Source: Vicugna vicugna
Lineage: Eukaryota
Direction: 5' to 3'
Length of the DNA: 64,000 bases
Assembly: GCA_013265495.1 (NCBI GenBank)
Contig: MU061579.1
Coordinates: 1,919,319-1,983,318, forward strand
The translations under genes and the position numbers were made by a program. Below, piece after piece: positions 50,834 through 64,000 of this stretch. Numbering within the stretch: the stretch's first letter is position 1; every line of letters starts with the position of its first letter. Under the pieces are notes generated by a model. That model was not told the DNA's origin, made no database searches, and worked only from the letters and a program-made list of their open reading frames with translations.

Positions 50834-51319
50834 TAAACATGTCTCTTTTAAGCAGTATACAGCTGTTTTCAAATCTGTATAATCTGATGGTCTTGGACAT
50901 TACAATGTAGTATTCAGGGTACTAACTGATACATACGAGTTTAAAAGTACCATTTTACTATTAGCATTTGTCTTAATCAATGCTTCTTTCATTATGTGGC
51001 GACTTTCAGTGGATTGTTTTTATTCCTTATTTGGACCCAATTAGCTTTTTGATATACTGTGGAATCTTACAATATTCTTATAGTGTTTTCTCTAGAAAGT
51101 GTAACATAGATCCTTGACTTACTCAAATTTAACCATCTCATTTGTTGGACCATGAAGGGCATAAAAATATTAATTGTAAATTTTTCTCAGGCTGCATTTA
51201 CGATTTTATTTTGTCTTTGTTTTCTAGTAGTTCTACTATGATTTACCTAAGTTTCATGGAAGATCCATTGTTCCTCCATAATTTCTTGCAGACATTGGTG
51301 ACTATTAAATTCAAGTACC

Positions 51320-51710
51320 TTTTTTTTAATCAACCTAATTAAGGTATAATTTATTTGGAATAAAATGTGTCCACTTAAGTTGTGCAATTGCAATAGCATC
51401 AACTTTCAGTACAATCTGCTTAGAATTGTGGAGAAAAAGTATCCTTGCCTTTTTCTCTACTCTTAAAGGGATTTCTCTTTTAACCATCTCTTTGGAGTTA
51501 CTTGAAAGTTTTATATATATGTTATTCATTAGGTTGATAAAGTTCTCTACTGTTCCTCATTTGCTGATTTTTTAAATCAGGAATGCGTGGATTTTTTCCA
51601 TCACACAAAAGCACTTTTGAAATGCTCTCTCTTCATATATTGGGATGATCATCTTTTCTTTTACTTTTGTCTTTAAATATGGTTAAATTGAACAACTTGG
51701 GATTTTGTCC
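51320..51710 (-). mobile_element. L1 3' end abutting an L1 ORF2 fragment
   Basis: 'taattaaggtataattta...aataaaatgtgtccacttaag' then 'tatccttgccttttctc...aagttctctactgttcctcatttgctga'. Confidence 0.65.
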
Positions 51711-52394
51711 TAGATATGAATAGCATTGATGTAATACTAGCCCCTTTGTATTGGAAAACTGACACCTAGGAAGATGCAACAGGAGAAATTATGGTACCTT
51801 TAATTTACAGCTTAGGCTTGGGCTGAGAGGATAGCTCCAGCATCATTCCGGCTACCACTCACTCTCCATGCCCTTAGGTAGAGTGTTCATATTGTTCTGG
51901 GTTCTGTTATATGGCTTTGAAAAATATTTTTTGTTTTAGCTGATAATTAACTTTGTAAAACTCAAACTGCAAGTTCTGTCGTGTCTGAAAGCTTTGGATC
52001 TCAGTTTAGAATGCTTTCTGTTTACCATGTAGCCAAACAGTAGTAATCAGGTAGACACAATGGTAAAGATTATGCACTAAATTTGGGATTTACTCTCTCT
52101 GGCTTTATTTTTTCTAAAGTTCCCTGTGCACCATTCTGTGGCCCATATCTGAGGCTCCTTCCTTTGGTTCCTCAAGTCAAAGATATGGCAAGCTTTTCCT
52201 TCAGAGTTTAGTCACCCAAAAATGTGAAACACACACTATGATTGTCACTTGCAAGAAAATATGCCTGTGCCATTTTTTTAAATCTTAGAGTAAGTATTTA
52301 TTTTGATGACTTATTCATTATAAATCTAAACTTTCAAACCAAAAGGAGAATTAAGTTTGGACAGGGTTTGAATGGCTTCATAGTCCTAAAGGGT

Positions 52395-53350
52395 TTTCAA
52401 TGCTTGATATCTTTCATCAATTTTAGAAAATTCTTTACTATTATCTCTACAAACATTTACTCTCTCCATTTTCTCAATTATCCCTTTCTGTGACTTGAAT
52501 TAGACTTTGAAAAACATTTGGCCTTTTAAGTATATCCTCTGAGTAGAGTGACCACGTATCCTGGTTTGACCAATCAGTCAAAGTTTACACCTAAGGATAT
52601 CAATTACTGTCTATTATCTGAGTGACTAATTTTACCCTTCAAACTCTTCCAGTTTAGAAATTAAATTGGATTACAATTTAACCTTATGTATTTTTTATCT
52701 TTCTGTCTCTTCAAATGTCAGTCTTGATGTTTTTTAGACCCATGTTCCTATTCACAGGCTTCCTCTCTTTATCTGTGCCTAATTTATTATTTAAATCATT
52801 GAGTTAGTTTTTAAATTCAATTACAGTATTTTTCATTGAATGTTAATCAAGAATTTACATATAGTTCTTAAAGTATTTTATACTTCTATGCCAATATCAG
52901 TAATCTTTTAAAATTTTTTCCCTATCTCCATTACTTAGATTCTCTATAGGTCTCTTTCTATCATCTGTTGTTTCACTTATTTTTCAGTGATGTGTCACTG
53001 CCTCCTGGAATGTCTTACTATTTTTAAATGCACACTAGAAAATGCTACAAAGATAATTTAATGCTGACTTTTTTTTTCATAAGAGATAACTTATAGCTAC
53101 CTCTGATAAGTGACTATGCTACAGAAAATGGCAATCTCAAAATATTCTCATTTGATCATTTTACAGTGATTCAATTCCGAGTCAATTCCTTTGAGGATCC
53201 ATCTATTTCCACTTATCCTCACTTCAGAGTTTTAGCCTTTTAGTATTTTTATCCAAAGACTAGCCAGTTCACCAAGGCTCCTCCTTGGAAATCTCTCAAC
53301 TCCAAATATTTAGCTCAGAAAGCCCCCTGAGTTTGCCTATTAAGTTGAAC
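52395..53350 (-). mobile_element. Old L1/HAL1 ORF1-region fragment
   Basis: 'tctttcatcaattttagaaaattctttactattatctctacaaacattt' is typical of antisense old L1 ORF1 sequence. Confidence 0.55.
52544..52686 (-). mobile_element. hAT-Blackjack MITE remnant (MER81/MER94-like)
   Basis: Terminus 'tagagtgaccacgtatcctggtttg...gtttacacct'. Confidence 0.6.
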
Positions 53351-54589
53351 ATTTTTTTTCTGGATGTCTTGGGCCTGAAAAATTAACTCAAAACAATTTA
53401 GTAAGAGGACTTTTCTTCATTTTTTTTAGGAAATTTCCTAAATTATCTAAAACATGGTACACCTGTTTTCAAATTCTTAAATTTCTCCACATAAAGTAGG
53501 TAAAAACACAGATTTGGAATTTAAAAAAAAAGGAATATTAATTACATTGAATCCACAGAGTTGACTTCAGTTTACCTTTAAAAGGTAAAGTTACCTAATC
53601 TGTATAGTTGATCAAAGGAAAATAATGGTTCATTAGGTCCAACTGTAGGAAAATGAGACACCTAGAATTTGTTTCTATTATGTCCCTCACAAGGTTTCCA
53701 GTTACAAAACAATTTTAAATATGTAATAACTCCAGAAAAATGAAAACAAACAAACCAAAACAAAAACAAGGACTTATTTTGGTGACTTCTTAATAATAAA
53801 ACCTCAAGGATAAAAATACTGTGCAAAGAATGTTAAATTTAAACATCCAGTGATTTAAGACTTTAGCAGATTTGATTATTTTAATATTACTCACATCACT
53901 TTCATATCATTATATTTTCATATCATTTATATAAGGACTTTGTGACTCATAAGAAAATTACTTATTCACATGTGTTCCACAAGCCACCCTATCAAATAAA
54001 TTTGAAGGTAAACCCACTGTTCCCAACAAGATATTCAGGAATCCCTTGGGTGATCTCATATATATAATAATCACGTAAGTTTCCCAAAATGTTGTTGTTG
54101 TCATTGTGTAGTAAGGCAAACGCAAAACTTGTTATCAGATCCAAATGAGGATGACCCCTTAACTTCTCCAGTACTTTTCATTATTTACAGATTTCATTGG
54201 GCAATTGCCATACGTGATCAACCACCAATGCATCTTTACATTAGTGGAGATTATGCAGTTCTGCTGATATTGTGGTAAATTTGCTGCTGCTGGACACTGT
54301 GATATTTTGGGGGGCTATATTTGAATTACTACAAGATTTATCAACAGTTATATTCTCTATTATTAACATTATCGAGTTATCATGCAGAAACTCACTATTC
54401 TATCTTCTACACTATAGATTAGAAGATGGCATCCGTTCTTTCAAACCTACAAAACAATACTTTCGTAAATCAAGTATAGCCTATATAATGACATCAATTA
54501 TTGAATTATAGATGGCATAAAATACCACTTAAAACTAGAATCAGATAATTAAAAGGAATAAAAGGAATTGAGAACCAATGTTTTTATAC

Positions 54590-54810
54590 AGTGTATAGGT
54601 GTGCTGGGTATTTACTCTTACCTCAATTAATTCTCATAATCACCAAGTAAAGTAGACATAATACCCATTTTATATACGAATATCCTGAGGCTTACAACAT
54701 TTAAGTAACATGACAGTAATTATAGACAATTGGTAGCAAATCCAATGTTTTAACTCAGGTCCGAATGACTCAAAGCCGTGAAGGTTTTCATTTCAAAAGC
54801 TCTGCTTCAT
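54590..54810 (-). mobile_element. MIR
   Basis: 'ttaattctcataatcacc...cccattttata...ctgaggctta...ttaagtaac...aactcaggtccgaatgactcaaagcc'. Confidence 0.8.
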
Positions 54811-57469
54811 TGAATGATCTGTTTCAGCACTGATATAAATAATCCATGTATCACACATTTTCAAATTATTAGCATTCAGTAGAATATGAATATACTGATT
54901 ACTCCAAATGCATACTGATAATTCAATAGGCAATTTAGGGTTTTACAGAACCTCAGGTTCATCTTTTTAAACAGAAATAATTAAGACTCATACATACATG
55001 TAGGACAGTTCTGACAAAGCTTTCTAATTGTGTCGATTCTATTTAATAGGATTCTGCTTTACCTAGAAATGAGTATCACTACAAACCTCATTTTGAACAT
55101 TACAAAAGCTCCATGGTTATTGGTACAGAGCTTTGAGGCAATGACCCAGAGTTCAAAGAAGAAACGTCAATAAAACAATGTAACTGATTGACCAGAAAAT
55201 ATTTAAAATTCCCTGCTATTTCTACAAGAGCCCAATCATACTGAGAACCAATTGATGGGGGATATTCACTGGGCTGATAGCCTTAAACATGGGAGTTAAA
55301 GTCACTCATGTGGTTTTTGGAAAACTAAAACTCGTTGCAAATCAACACTGATGGTACACATTTTGTTCAACATTAGTTTAGGTTATATTTATTTTTAATA
55401 TTTTTGGTTTTCCTGGTTCTGTAATTACATACAAGGAAAAATGATTTTAAAATATTTTCATCCAATTTAAATAACTTGACAAAACTGTTGCTGTACTGAT
55501 TGATCAGCATGATGTCAGCATGATGGTTTTCCAGTGAGACTGAAAAATAGATCCTGTATTCTGTTTTCAACAAAGGAAGGAGTACCAGTGTCTCCCTGGA
55601 TTGGCCATGACTTTAGTCCCTTTATAGCAGCTCCTGCCTGACAGGTGTTGCCATTACCCATTACAATGCTGGCTCCGTCCCTGGTGTATGTAATAGGGGA
55701 ATTTCCAGCTGTTCTTCTAAGGGTATTTCTATTTACTCATATTATATGTAAGACTCTGTGATATGAGGACTGGAGGAAAATAAACCTAACAATCAGGGCA
55801 AACACCAAGCTGAATCATAAAAGAAAATTCATCTTGTCTTTTTTTTTTTTAATTTCAAATAGCCACTAGCTTATCTAGAAGCACACTCAAATCCCTTTGC
55901 CCCAGCACAATATGATCCAAATATGCTTGGGCCACTGACCACGCTCTACCGAAAAAAAAAAAAAATAGTAGTAGTTTCATAGATTCTACACAGGTGACTT
56001 ATATGCCATTTGTGCTTCTGGCCAGCACCACAGACGTCTGAAAACACCACATAGGAAGCTTTACAGTAAATATAGTCAGTTCTGCAATAAAACCCCATAT
56101 AAATGTTCCCAGAAGTCACTGGGCTATGCAAAAATCAAGCCATAAATTCAACTATGGAGCTTACGGGTAAGATTTGACTATGAAACAGCACTCAAAGACT
56201 TCATCAGTGACACATTAAAAGAGAAACAACAGGAAAAAAAAGTAGTGGCATTTCACATGTTAAATGATAAAGAAGTACATAAATACTACAATACTACAAT
56301 TAATATGGTTTTTCTGCTTCTCACGAAGTGGGAGAAGCTGGTCTGAGGTCAGGTGGAGTTGTAATGATGTGGATGGCTGTGGTCCACAGCACAGACAGTG
56401 AACTGAAGTAACTGACAGATGTCTGAGGCGTGTGCATGTGTGTGGTCTGTATCTCCTGCCAGGCTCACTGCATCTGGGGATGGTTTCCTTTATCATTTAG
56501 TGTTTCTCAGGGACAAAACTGCCATAAGTAAGTAAGAAATTAACATTTCACCCAAATTGTTCCCAGTACATCAACCACTAGGAATAAGTAAACATTTTCA
56601 AAACAAGCGTTAAAGAAGAACTGACTGTATGTAGCATTGGTTAACTGATCCGTACCCTGCTTGGGACTGAGAAATAGAGAAATGAACCAACAAATCCGCA
56701 TAGAGAACTTTTATGCTGGCAGCAAGTTACTTAAAAATCCTTCAGTGTAAGTAAAGTGACAAGTACGTGTACATTCACTTTCATCTACACCCAACTGGTA
56801 GTTACTAATCTGAAGAATTCAATCAGGAAGAGCTGCTCAGGGTGATTGGTTTTCATTTGAAATACTTAAATCTTAAACCCATTTTTGGAAATGTTTACTG
56901 CTTCAGATGCCTTTATCACCAATCAAGCTCACTGCAGAGACTTCGTCCATTGACAGAATAGGTAATAGACGTAGTGGTCATTGGTAGAATGTGTAGAAGA
57001 TGTGAAATAGCAAGAAATACTATAATAGATACCTCCTTCCTTGCATGAAGAAGGTATAAGAACCAAACATGTTAAGCAGGCTAGACTGTAAGATAAAATT
57101 TAGCAGCCTGATAGATCCTCTGTCCAGAAAGTTCCAGATAGATTTTATCACTTCATTCACTCATGAAATTTAGCTAGATTACTGTTACATATAACTTGAT
57201 GAGGCTTTAAAGAAAGATTTTGCTCAAAAAGACTAAAGGATGAGGAACCTGAGGCTTTATAAAACTGTGTGTGCTCTAGCTGTTTATTTGTTGTATGAGG
57301 GAGAATGAATTTGAGATTTGCCTTAATCTCTATATAGTATTAAGTTTGTGGGAGAAGAACCTATATAGAGCTAGATACATATATACACCAATTTCTATAT
57401 ATATATACACACATATACACATATCTTCATAAACAGAAACTTTTACTTGTAGTCTTATTTGCAAAGACT

Positions 57470-57670
57470 GTCATCGCTTTTCCAAACCCTTTAGTATCCA
57501 TGATATCATTTTATTGCTTTAGAGGTGCTATGAGATAGGACTTTTCCCTATTTTACACACGAGGAAACCATGGAAGCACTGAAGGTCAAATGGCTTGCTT
57601 AATGTAACTTAATTAGCCTGAGGCAGAAACAAAACCATTCACTGCTTACAGTCTCCTGCTCCATTCTTTT
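57470..57670 (-). mobile_element. MIR
   Basis: 'ctatgagatagg...cctattttacacacgaggaaac...aggtcaaatggcttgc'. Confidence 0.7.
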
Positions 57671-59275
57671 AAGGCCTAGCCACAAATAACACCCATGTTT
57701 CTCATGCAGCCTTAGAATCTGAGTTCACCCAGTAAATATTTTACTTCTAGGTAGTAAGTTAGGATTGGTGGGGTTTCAATTTTCCTTTGTAAAGTTAGGT
57801 TTTTATTTTTGTTCAGTGGTGATCAGGATCCATTACCACTGCTTAAATGACCAAGAAGAATTAAGACCTGTCCCCAAATAACCAACTCGGATCAGAACTA
57901 CAGGGTACAGATGAACCCATCATATAACCACAAGATGTGTTTTCTAAATTCCCTGGAGACTCTCTTAATGGAACCCTTCTTTTCATATTCTTACCGCACT
58001 ACTTAGTCATTTAGCTGAGCTGTAGTGAAATGGACAAGTGAATTTTCAGCCCTGATTCTCTCTCTCACACAGTCACACATTTATTCCCAGGGAATAACTT
58101 ACCCCCTGGGAGTCTCCAGCTGACCGTAAAGTGATTTTTCTCACACTGAGTTTTCTGTAAATCCAATACAAAGCCCTAAGTTGATGAGTTGGTTTGAGAA
58201 TACAAATGACACCTGTGGAGCCACATTTCCGTCTTTGAAATGTGTAGAAATTAATTGTAGTTAGTAGATCCAAAATTATAGCTGTCCAGGGCAGGTAAAA
58301 TATGAGAATGAGTAAAAGGACATGTTTGCAACAGTGCCTTAAGGCTATATTTAAGACACACTTGGGGATAAAGTTCTCACTCATTCAAGCACATACTCAG
58401 TAAATTACTCTAGAAGTAAATTACAATAAAGTGTTGTACAATGGTAAAATTATTGATTTAGTTTGGCTTTTATCCTGAGTTAGATGTGGAAGATCAATTG
58501 TTAATACTGTCTTGATCATTTCTAACAGTGCTCAAAGGCATATGAGCAAAGACACGTAGTACAGACAAAAACATAAATAAAGAAAAACAAATCGAGGAAA
58601 ATGGTTCTTTACCCAAATTTCTTTTTCCTTTAGAATTTACCCTTTGTCATAATCGAATTGCTATGTACTTTCATTTGGGCAACAAGGACACTGTATTAAA
58701 GAACACTTTTTCAAGAAATATTATATATTTTAAAACTAAATAGGTTTTTCAAAACTATAGCATCCTGATGAGTCATCTTTTCCTAGCAACAGTGATCTGA
58801 ATTAAAACAAGACAGCTTACTAAAATGTATTTCCCAAATGTTACATATTGGGTAAAGAAATGAGAATTAAATGTACCCAGAACTACCTCACTCATGTTCT
58901 TTTATCTGTTTCCCTCATTTCTTTTTCTTAACTATTAGGGAAAATCTTAGCAGTTGTACAATAAAGATTCATTTATTTTGGTTTTATCCATTTCACTATT
59001 TATCACACCAATTTGAACTGCAACTAGAAGACTAGGGTGAGAGAAAAAATATACAAAGCAAGGAAAGTTAGCTATCAAGAAATAAAATATAAAAGCAGAC
59101 CCCTGAGAAAATGGTGAATCCACGCTCCATTCAAGCAGTTGGCTTGCACCTTCCCTACTTTGGTATCTTTTAAAACTCAATGCTGATCACTCTGCCTAAG
59201 TCTAAGGGTGGGTCAGTGTGTGAGCTGCATGCTTTGCTGAAGGGCAATGCCTGCAGTAAGCACAGTTAGTGAAAT

Positions 59276-59605
59276 ATTCATTTATTTACTCAAGAAAACA
59301 TTTCTATTGAGCACTTACTATTTTCCAGATACTGATCCAGATGCTGGTCAGCAATGAGTAAAGAGACAAGGTCTTGGCCCCCATGGAAATTATATGCCAG
59401 TAGGTATATTAGAACATTACAACTATATTATAATTTTTTAAAATGAAAAATATACAATCCTGAGGGGTAACCAGTGCTATGAGGAAAAAAGAAGCGGTTT
59501 AAGTGCCAGAGGTTGAAACTTGCTATTTTACATAGCATTTTCAGGGGAGGCTCTCTTAGGATGGGATGTTTCAGCAGCGAGCTATATGCACTCATGAAGC
59601 AAGTC
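59276..59605 (-). mobile_element. L2 3' end
   Basis: 'attcatttatttactcaagaaaacatttctattgagcacttactat...agacaaggtcttggcccccatgga'. Confidence 0.85.
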
Positions 59606-59970
59606 AAAATGATAGTTCAACAGAGAGTTATTTAAAGACCCCCAAAAAATAGTGCCTGGAAAAGCAATCTACTGTCCAAAAGCTTGCATTTGACTAGATC
59701 ACTAGGATTCTAGTATTCTGTTGCTAAGAGTGTCTTTGTTTTTGAAGCCAAAATATTATTTTAATAAATTCCTGAAATTAAGCAGAGCAGTGGGCAGCCT
59801 CCACTCTATATCACTGTAACTGGACCAGTATCCTCCAAATAATTAAAACACACACAAATCACATGCATTTCAGTCATTTGCATCCTTCACGCACTTGTCA
59901 GAAGCTAAATGAATTCACATTAAATGAATTAGAGGTATCTGGGAAGTCACTAGTTTGATACAATTAAGAA

Positions 59971-60031
59971 TATGAATTTTATAAGATAGCAAGTAACTTT
60001 ATGGATTTTATAAGATAGCAAGTGACTTTAT
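59971..60031. repeat. 29-bp tandem duplication with 2 mismatches
   Basis: tatg(a/g)attttataagatagcaagt(a/g)actt at 59971-59999 and 60000-60028. Confidence 0.95.
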
Positions 60032-61519
60032 ACTTATTGGACCTAATTAATTCCATTTATAATGATAGTAAACCAAATCCCTTCGCACTGATGGAATCAT
60101 TTTTGAGCTTAATTGGTAATAAAATTACAACTTCATATATTTAAAGGTTATTAAACTGTATTATTTCATCTAATGAATATATTCATAACAGAAAAAGAGA
60201 ACCTTGGAAATGTTCATTGTAACATAAATCTGTTAACCTTTGAGTATTTAAAATTTTATTCCTTGTCATCTTATTACTAAATCTTTTAAATTTTGAACAA
60301 CTGTAATCCAAAATCATCCTAATATTACATCAAAATCAGAATGTAAAATCTGTGGTAGCACAGTGATTTCTGTGGTTTCACCCAAACTTGTCATAAACAC
60401 TGCAAGAGATAACGATATTAAAAGGTAGTTGGACTCAAATGTAAAGTTCTAGTAATTAGAGATAACAATCAAAGAAATTAAAAGAAACTGTGGAAAAAAG
60501 CAAAGTGCTTTTTTGTAGAAGCAAACCTATCTTACATTGTTTTATTTTGGTTCAAGCCCTTTATTGGAAATAAATGTCTATTAGTTCAAGGCATTGCAAA
60601 TCTTAGGCAATGTTTCATTAGCACAGAATATCTTAACTTTAAGAATAGGGAGTCTGAAGAATACTGGATAAATAGACCAGATACAAGTGTGAGCTGAATA
60701 AACACAGACCTGTTAGAGGTAAAATGCTTGCCCACATGAAGTAAATAAATTAATTTTTCAAGAGATGAGAGAATCGAATTTTTCAAAAGTAATTAGTCTT
60801 GGAATTCTACTGTTAAGGAACATTTAAGTCTCTTCTATGGAATATGCCGGTACACTTCTATCTTTCAATTAAATATAAAACTGGAAAATTATTCATTACT
60901 CCTAAAAATCTTTGCCTTAAAATGTTACTGACTTGCTCTTTTCTAATTCTTGCTATTGAATCTATGTTTTTAGAGATTTTTCTTGGGTTCAGGTATTTTC
61001 TCAGCCAACATGTTTCTGATATTTTTGTTTTTTAGACAACATGTATATGAGTCTGTTAGTATCAGTTGCAATAGTTCTGTTGATTACAACTTTTTTATGG
61101 AGAGTGGGGAGAAAGGACATAAACTTTGGATATTTTATAGGCAACTTAATTATTTTAATGATTTTCTAAATGATCCAATTTTCAACTCATTATGTGTATA
61201 TTATAATTATGTAAAATCAGAAGGTTGCCTACTTTATCTTTACTTCCTAATGGGTATATATTTGGTAGCCAAGTTCTAAAGTAGAATATGCCGTAGAAGT
61301 AAAACGATCAATGGGAAGAAATCAACATTAAGAGAAACATGACATCTGAGAGGTATATTTTACTATTGCAATTTATATTAAAAATAAAAACCTCAAAACC
61401 ACAGAATATGTTCCATTCACACGTGTAAGAGATGTACCTGGTGTCCAATAGAGGACTTCAAAATAGTTGAACAGCTTTAATTATTAGCCTGCTATTGCTC
61501 TAATTCTCCACGTCTTAAA

Positions 61520-61686
61520 ACCTTGCTACTCACAGTGCGATTCAAGAACATGCCATACAGACACACTACCTGGAACCCGGCTCTACTTGAAGAAGCTCAG
61601 ACCTTACTCAAGACTTTGATTCAGAATCTGCACTTTCACAAGATCTGTAGGTGATTTTCAGGCATATTAAATTCTGAAAAGCACCA
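61520..61686. mobile_element. MER5A-like hAT-Charlie MITE
   Basis: 'tgctactcacagtg...tcagaatctgcactttcacaagatc...ggtgatt...cattaaa-like...gaaaagcac'. Confidence 0.75.
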
Positions 61687-62119
61687 GGTGTTCTCTGCAA
61701 TCTTTATTTACAAACAAGCAACATCTATTCTTTACGTAGCCTATTCCCATGGTCACTCACTTCTACCGTAGTGGATTAAATAAATACACACCAGTGTTTC
61801 AAAGTCTGTGAGTCATCTGACTCTTTTACCTGTAATCTAGGGCATCAAGTTTACAAAAGCAGTTCTGTAACAGCCACTAGGTCTGTTACCTCTAACAGCA
61901 TTCTGATGCTGCTGCTGATGGCATCAAAAGATGGCGTTACATGGGTAAAGCATCTAGGCTTTCTAAAGAGAAAAGAACCCAAAATTTAGTAAATATTTCA
62001 GTTTTTTTTAGTTTTTTGTGTTTTAAATAGCTGTAGTAAATATAAATTTGTACTATAATGAAAGTATAGTCAACAATTATCAAAATATATCTGCATAAAT
62101 TTTGAAATGCTGATTATTA

Positions 62120-62345
62120 CAAATTTGTTTAGCACTTATGCACCGGACAGTTATAAGCACGTTTACATATATTAGTCATTTAACTCTTACATGTATCTGA
62201 TAAGAGAGGTACCATAATTGTCTTTTTTAAATAGAAGACAACTAAAACAAAGAAAAATTAAGTGGTTTTCCCAAACTGACACAGCTAGCAAATCATGGGC
62301 AAGGATTCCAATCAGGTAACTTGCCTCTAAGTCAGCATAACACGA
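62120..62345 (-). mobile_element. MIR
   Basis: 'agcacttatgcaccggacagttataagcacgtttacatatattagtcatttaa...acacagctagcaaat'. Confidence 0.82.
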
Positions 62346-63134
62346 AATTTAAAGAATTTTTAAATCTTAGGAAAGTGATGTAAAATGAAACTTCAATTTT
62401 ATCTCATTCTGTAAATTAACTTCTGTGTGAGTTCCTCATTTTAAGTCTAGGAAGATTCTAAAGGATGGGAAAAGTTCGGGGACCAGATACAGGCAGGAAG
62501 TTACCATGATGGGTAGTATGACAGAAGTGAGCAGAGGATAAAAAGCAGTGGCTCAGTCACAGCTGGAGGAGTTGAGGCCAGATGATGGGGGAAGGAAACT
62601 CAAGAAGACAGCTGCAGGGTTTGTGAAGTCCTGTGGCTCAAGGGCTAAAATTATGAATTCTAGACATTCAGTACACACCATTTTCTTTTTATGTAAGCCC
62701 CAGAGCTCACTGGGGAGATGGTGTCTCCATCAGTTGTGGGACTGGAGCAGGCCAAACAGTTTTGGATTTGCTTTGAAGTTAATTAACCTAATCATCCTAA
62801 GTATTTTCTTTGGAACAAAAGACTTTTGGCTCTCAGTTTTGGCTCAATTCTAGCTCAGTCTTGAAACTAAAGGATAGTTCCAATTTGAAAAACTCTTACA
62901 GACAGTTCAAGTCTTGACTTTAACTATACAATATCATCTACCGTATAAAAATTTACAATTGCTTCCTTAACACTCCAGTTGTCATCCAAGAGCCCCTTGC
63001 TACTAACCAGTCTAAACACTCCTTCTCCCTTCCTGCCTATTTTTAAAACAGGAGCTGATAGAATTTCAGCTTCCAGAATTCCTCTGTTGCCTAATACTTC
63101 ACTTTCCTATTAGAAGACATTATGAACCAGGAAA

Positions 63135-63372
63135 TTTACATTTATTAAATCCTTACTATGTACCCAGTATCAGGCGAAGCTCTTTACATTCATAATTTGC
63201 TTTGCAACAATCATAGAACATCATCCCTGTATTTCAGATGACCAAATCAAGGCTTAGAGTAGTTCATGTCTTACTTCACTATCAAGGAAAAAGAAGTACA
63301 ATCAGGAAATGAACTGAAGTCTGTCTCCAAAGCTCTTTGCCTTTCCACCATACTATTCTACTTCCACCACAG
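63135..63372 (-). mobile_element. MIR
   Basis: 'acatttattaaatccttactatgtacc...atttcagatgaccaaatcaaggcttagag...gtctgtctccaaagctc'. Confidence 0.8.
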
Positions 63373-63569
63373 GATAGTACGAATTTCGCTCTCTCTTTCT
63401 ATTAGATGAAGACATCATCTTTATGCCACTTACTTTCCCTACCATCAATTCATTAACTGCACAAAATTCATACACTTCAGAAAACTAGCTTTTATCCCTA
63501 AAACAAGCAACTCCACACATGGGTCTTTAAGGAATTAATCTTTTTTTAATTCCCTGAAACTTACAAAAC

Positions 63570-63725
63570 ATATTTCCATTTCCACTTAATCCAGATAAAG
63601 GAACAGGGATCAATTTACCCTTCCCCCTGGAATAGCCAAAAGTAAACAAACACAATATATAAAATAACAATTTTTAAGGCACCGAACATCAGTGATCAAA
63701 AGACACTGATCTCTGAAAGATGTAA
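63570..63725 (+). mobile_element. Old L1 5'-region fragment
   Basis: 'aacagggatcaatttacccttccccctggaa...acatcagtgatcaaaagacactgatctctgaaagatg'. Confidence 0.5.
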
Positions 63726-63729
63726 AATA

Positions 63730-64000
63730 TAATAGCTTTTTTGCGCTGTAGTACACTACTGAAAATTTAGTGGCTTAAAAGAATAACAAATTCTCTTACA
63801 GTTCTGGAGGTCAGTTTCACTGGACTAAACTGAAGGTGCTGGTAGGATCAATTCTTTCGGGAGGTTTTGAGTAGAGAACCAATTTTCTCGTTCTTTTTAG
63901 CCTCTAGGGTCCTCAGAATCCCTTGGCCTGTGGCGTCTAACTGCATCTTCAAAGTGTGCCATTCTCTTCTCTGCTCCCAGCATCACATCACCTTCTCCTT
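63730..64000 (-). mobile_element. MLT1 MaLR LTR, running off the window end
   Basis: 'aaaatttagtggcttaaaa...tcttacagttctggaggtcag...tccttggcctgtggc-like...tgcatcttcaaag'. Confidence 0.88.

Larger units (their letters stand above)
48470..51320 (-). mobile_element. Old L1 ORF2 fragments hosting younger L1 insertions
   Basis: 'ttaggatttttgcttctaagtttgtgaatgagattggtttgta', 'agctgcatcctccaacttttgatatg', 'tgaaaatctccaaatataattg'. Confidence 0.75.

Noticed and set aside
56501..56537. Possible 17- or 21-nt microexon (ttctcag|GGACAAAACTGCCATAA|gtaagt)
   Set aside because: Short pyrimidine tract with a competing AG nearby; GTAAGT words are frequent in AT-rich DNA.
1..64000. The 60-130 aa ORFs in the six-frame track as real genes
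   Set aside because: No recognisable domains; many start at TTG/GTG, are low complexity or lie inside repeats. Only the L1 ORF2 remnants have identifiable homology.
1..64000. L1 strand bias as evidence of a host gene on the + strand
   Set aside because: Minus-strand L1 sequence predominates, but several plus-strand copies exist; the sample is too small to infer transcription direction.

Overview
AT-rich, CpG-depleted mammalian nuclear DNA. Two tRNA-derived SINEs of the vic-1 type and young L1 3' ends point to a camelid (Camelus/Vicugna/Lama); this assignment rests on recalled repeat consensus, not a search. I find no recognisable protein-coding exon, RNA gene, CpG island or prokaryote-type system, so the window reads as intergenic or deep intronic. 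A large share is interspersed repeat: L1 of several ages, L2, MIR, L3/CR1, MaLR/ERVL/ERV1 solo LTRs, and Tigger and hAT DNA-transposon fossils, many nested and several with readable target-site duplications (TSDs). The only ORFs with a recognisable product are broken L1 ORF2 pieces (RT at 38.6-39.6 kb; C-terminal Cys-rich region at 49.5-49.7 kb and about 32 kb). I cannot support a novel biological system. The best leads are modest: a SINE with an L1 tail, an L1 RT fragment lacking both ends, an L1 inversion junction, a switch-like G-quadruplex motif, small CpG clusters and a few candidate exons. Family names and most boundaries were assigned by eye and are approximate; TSD-defined boundaries are more exact.
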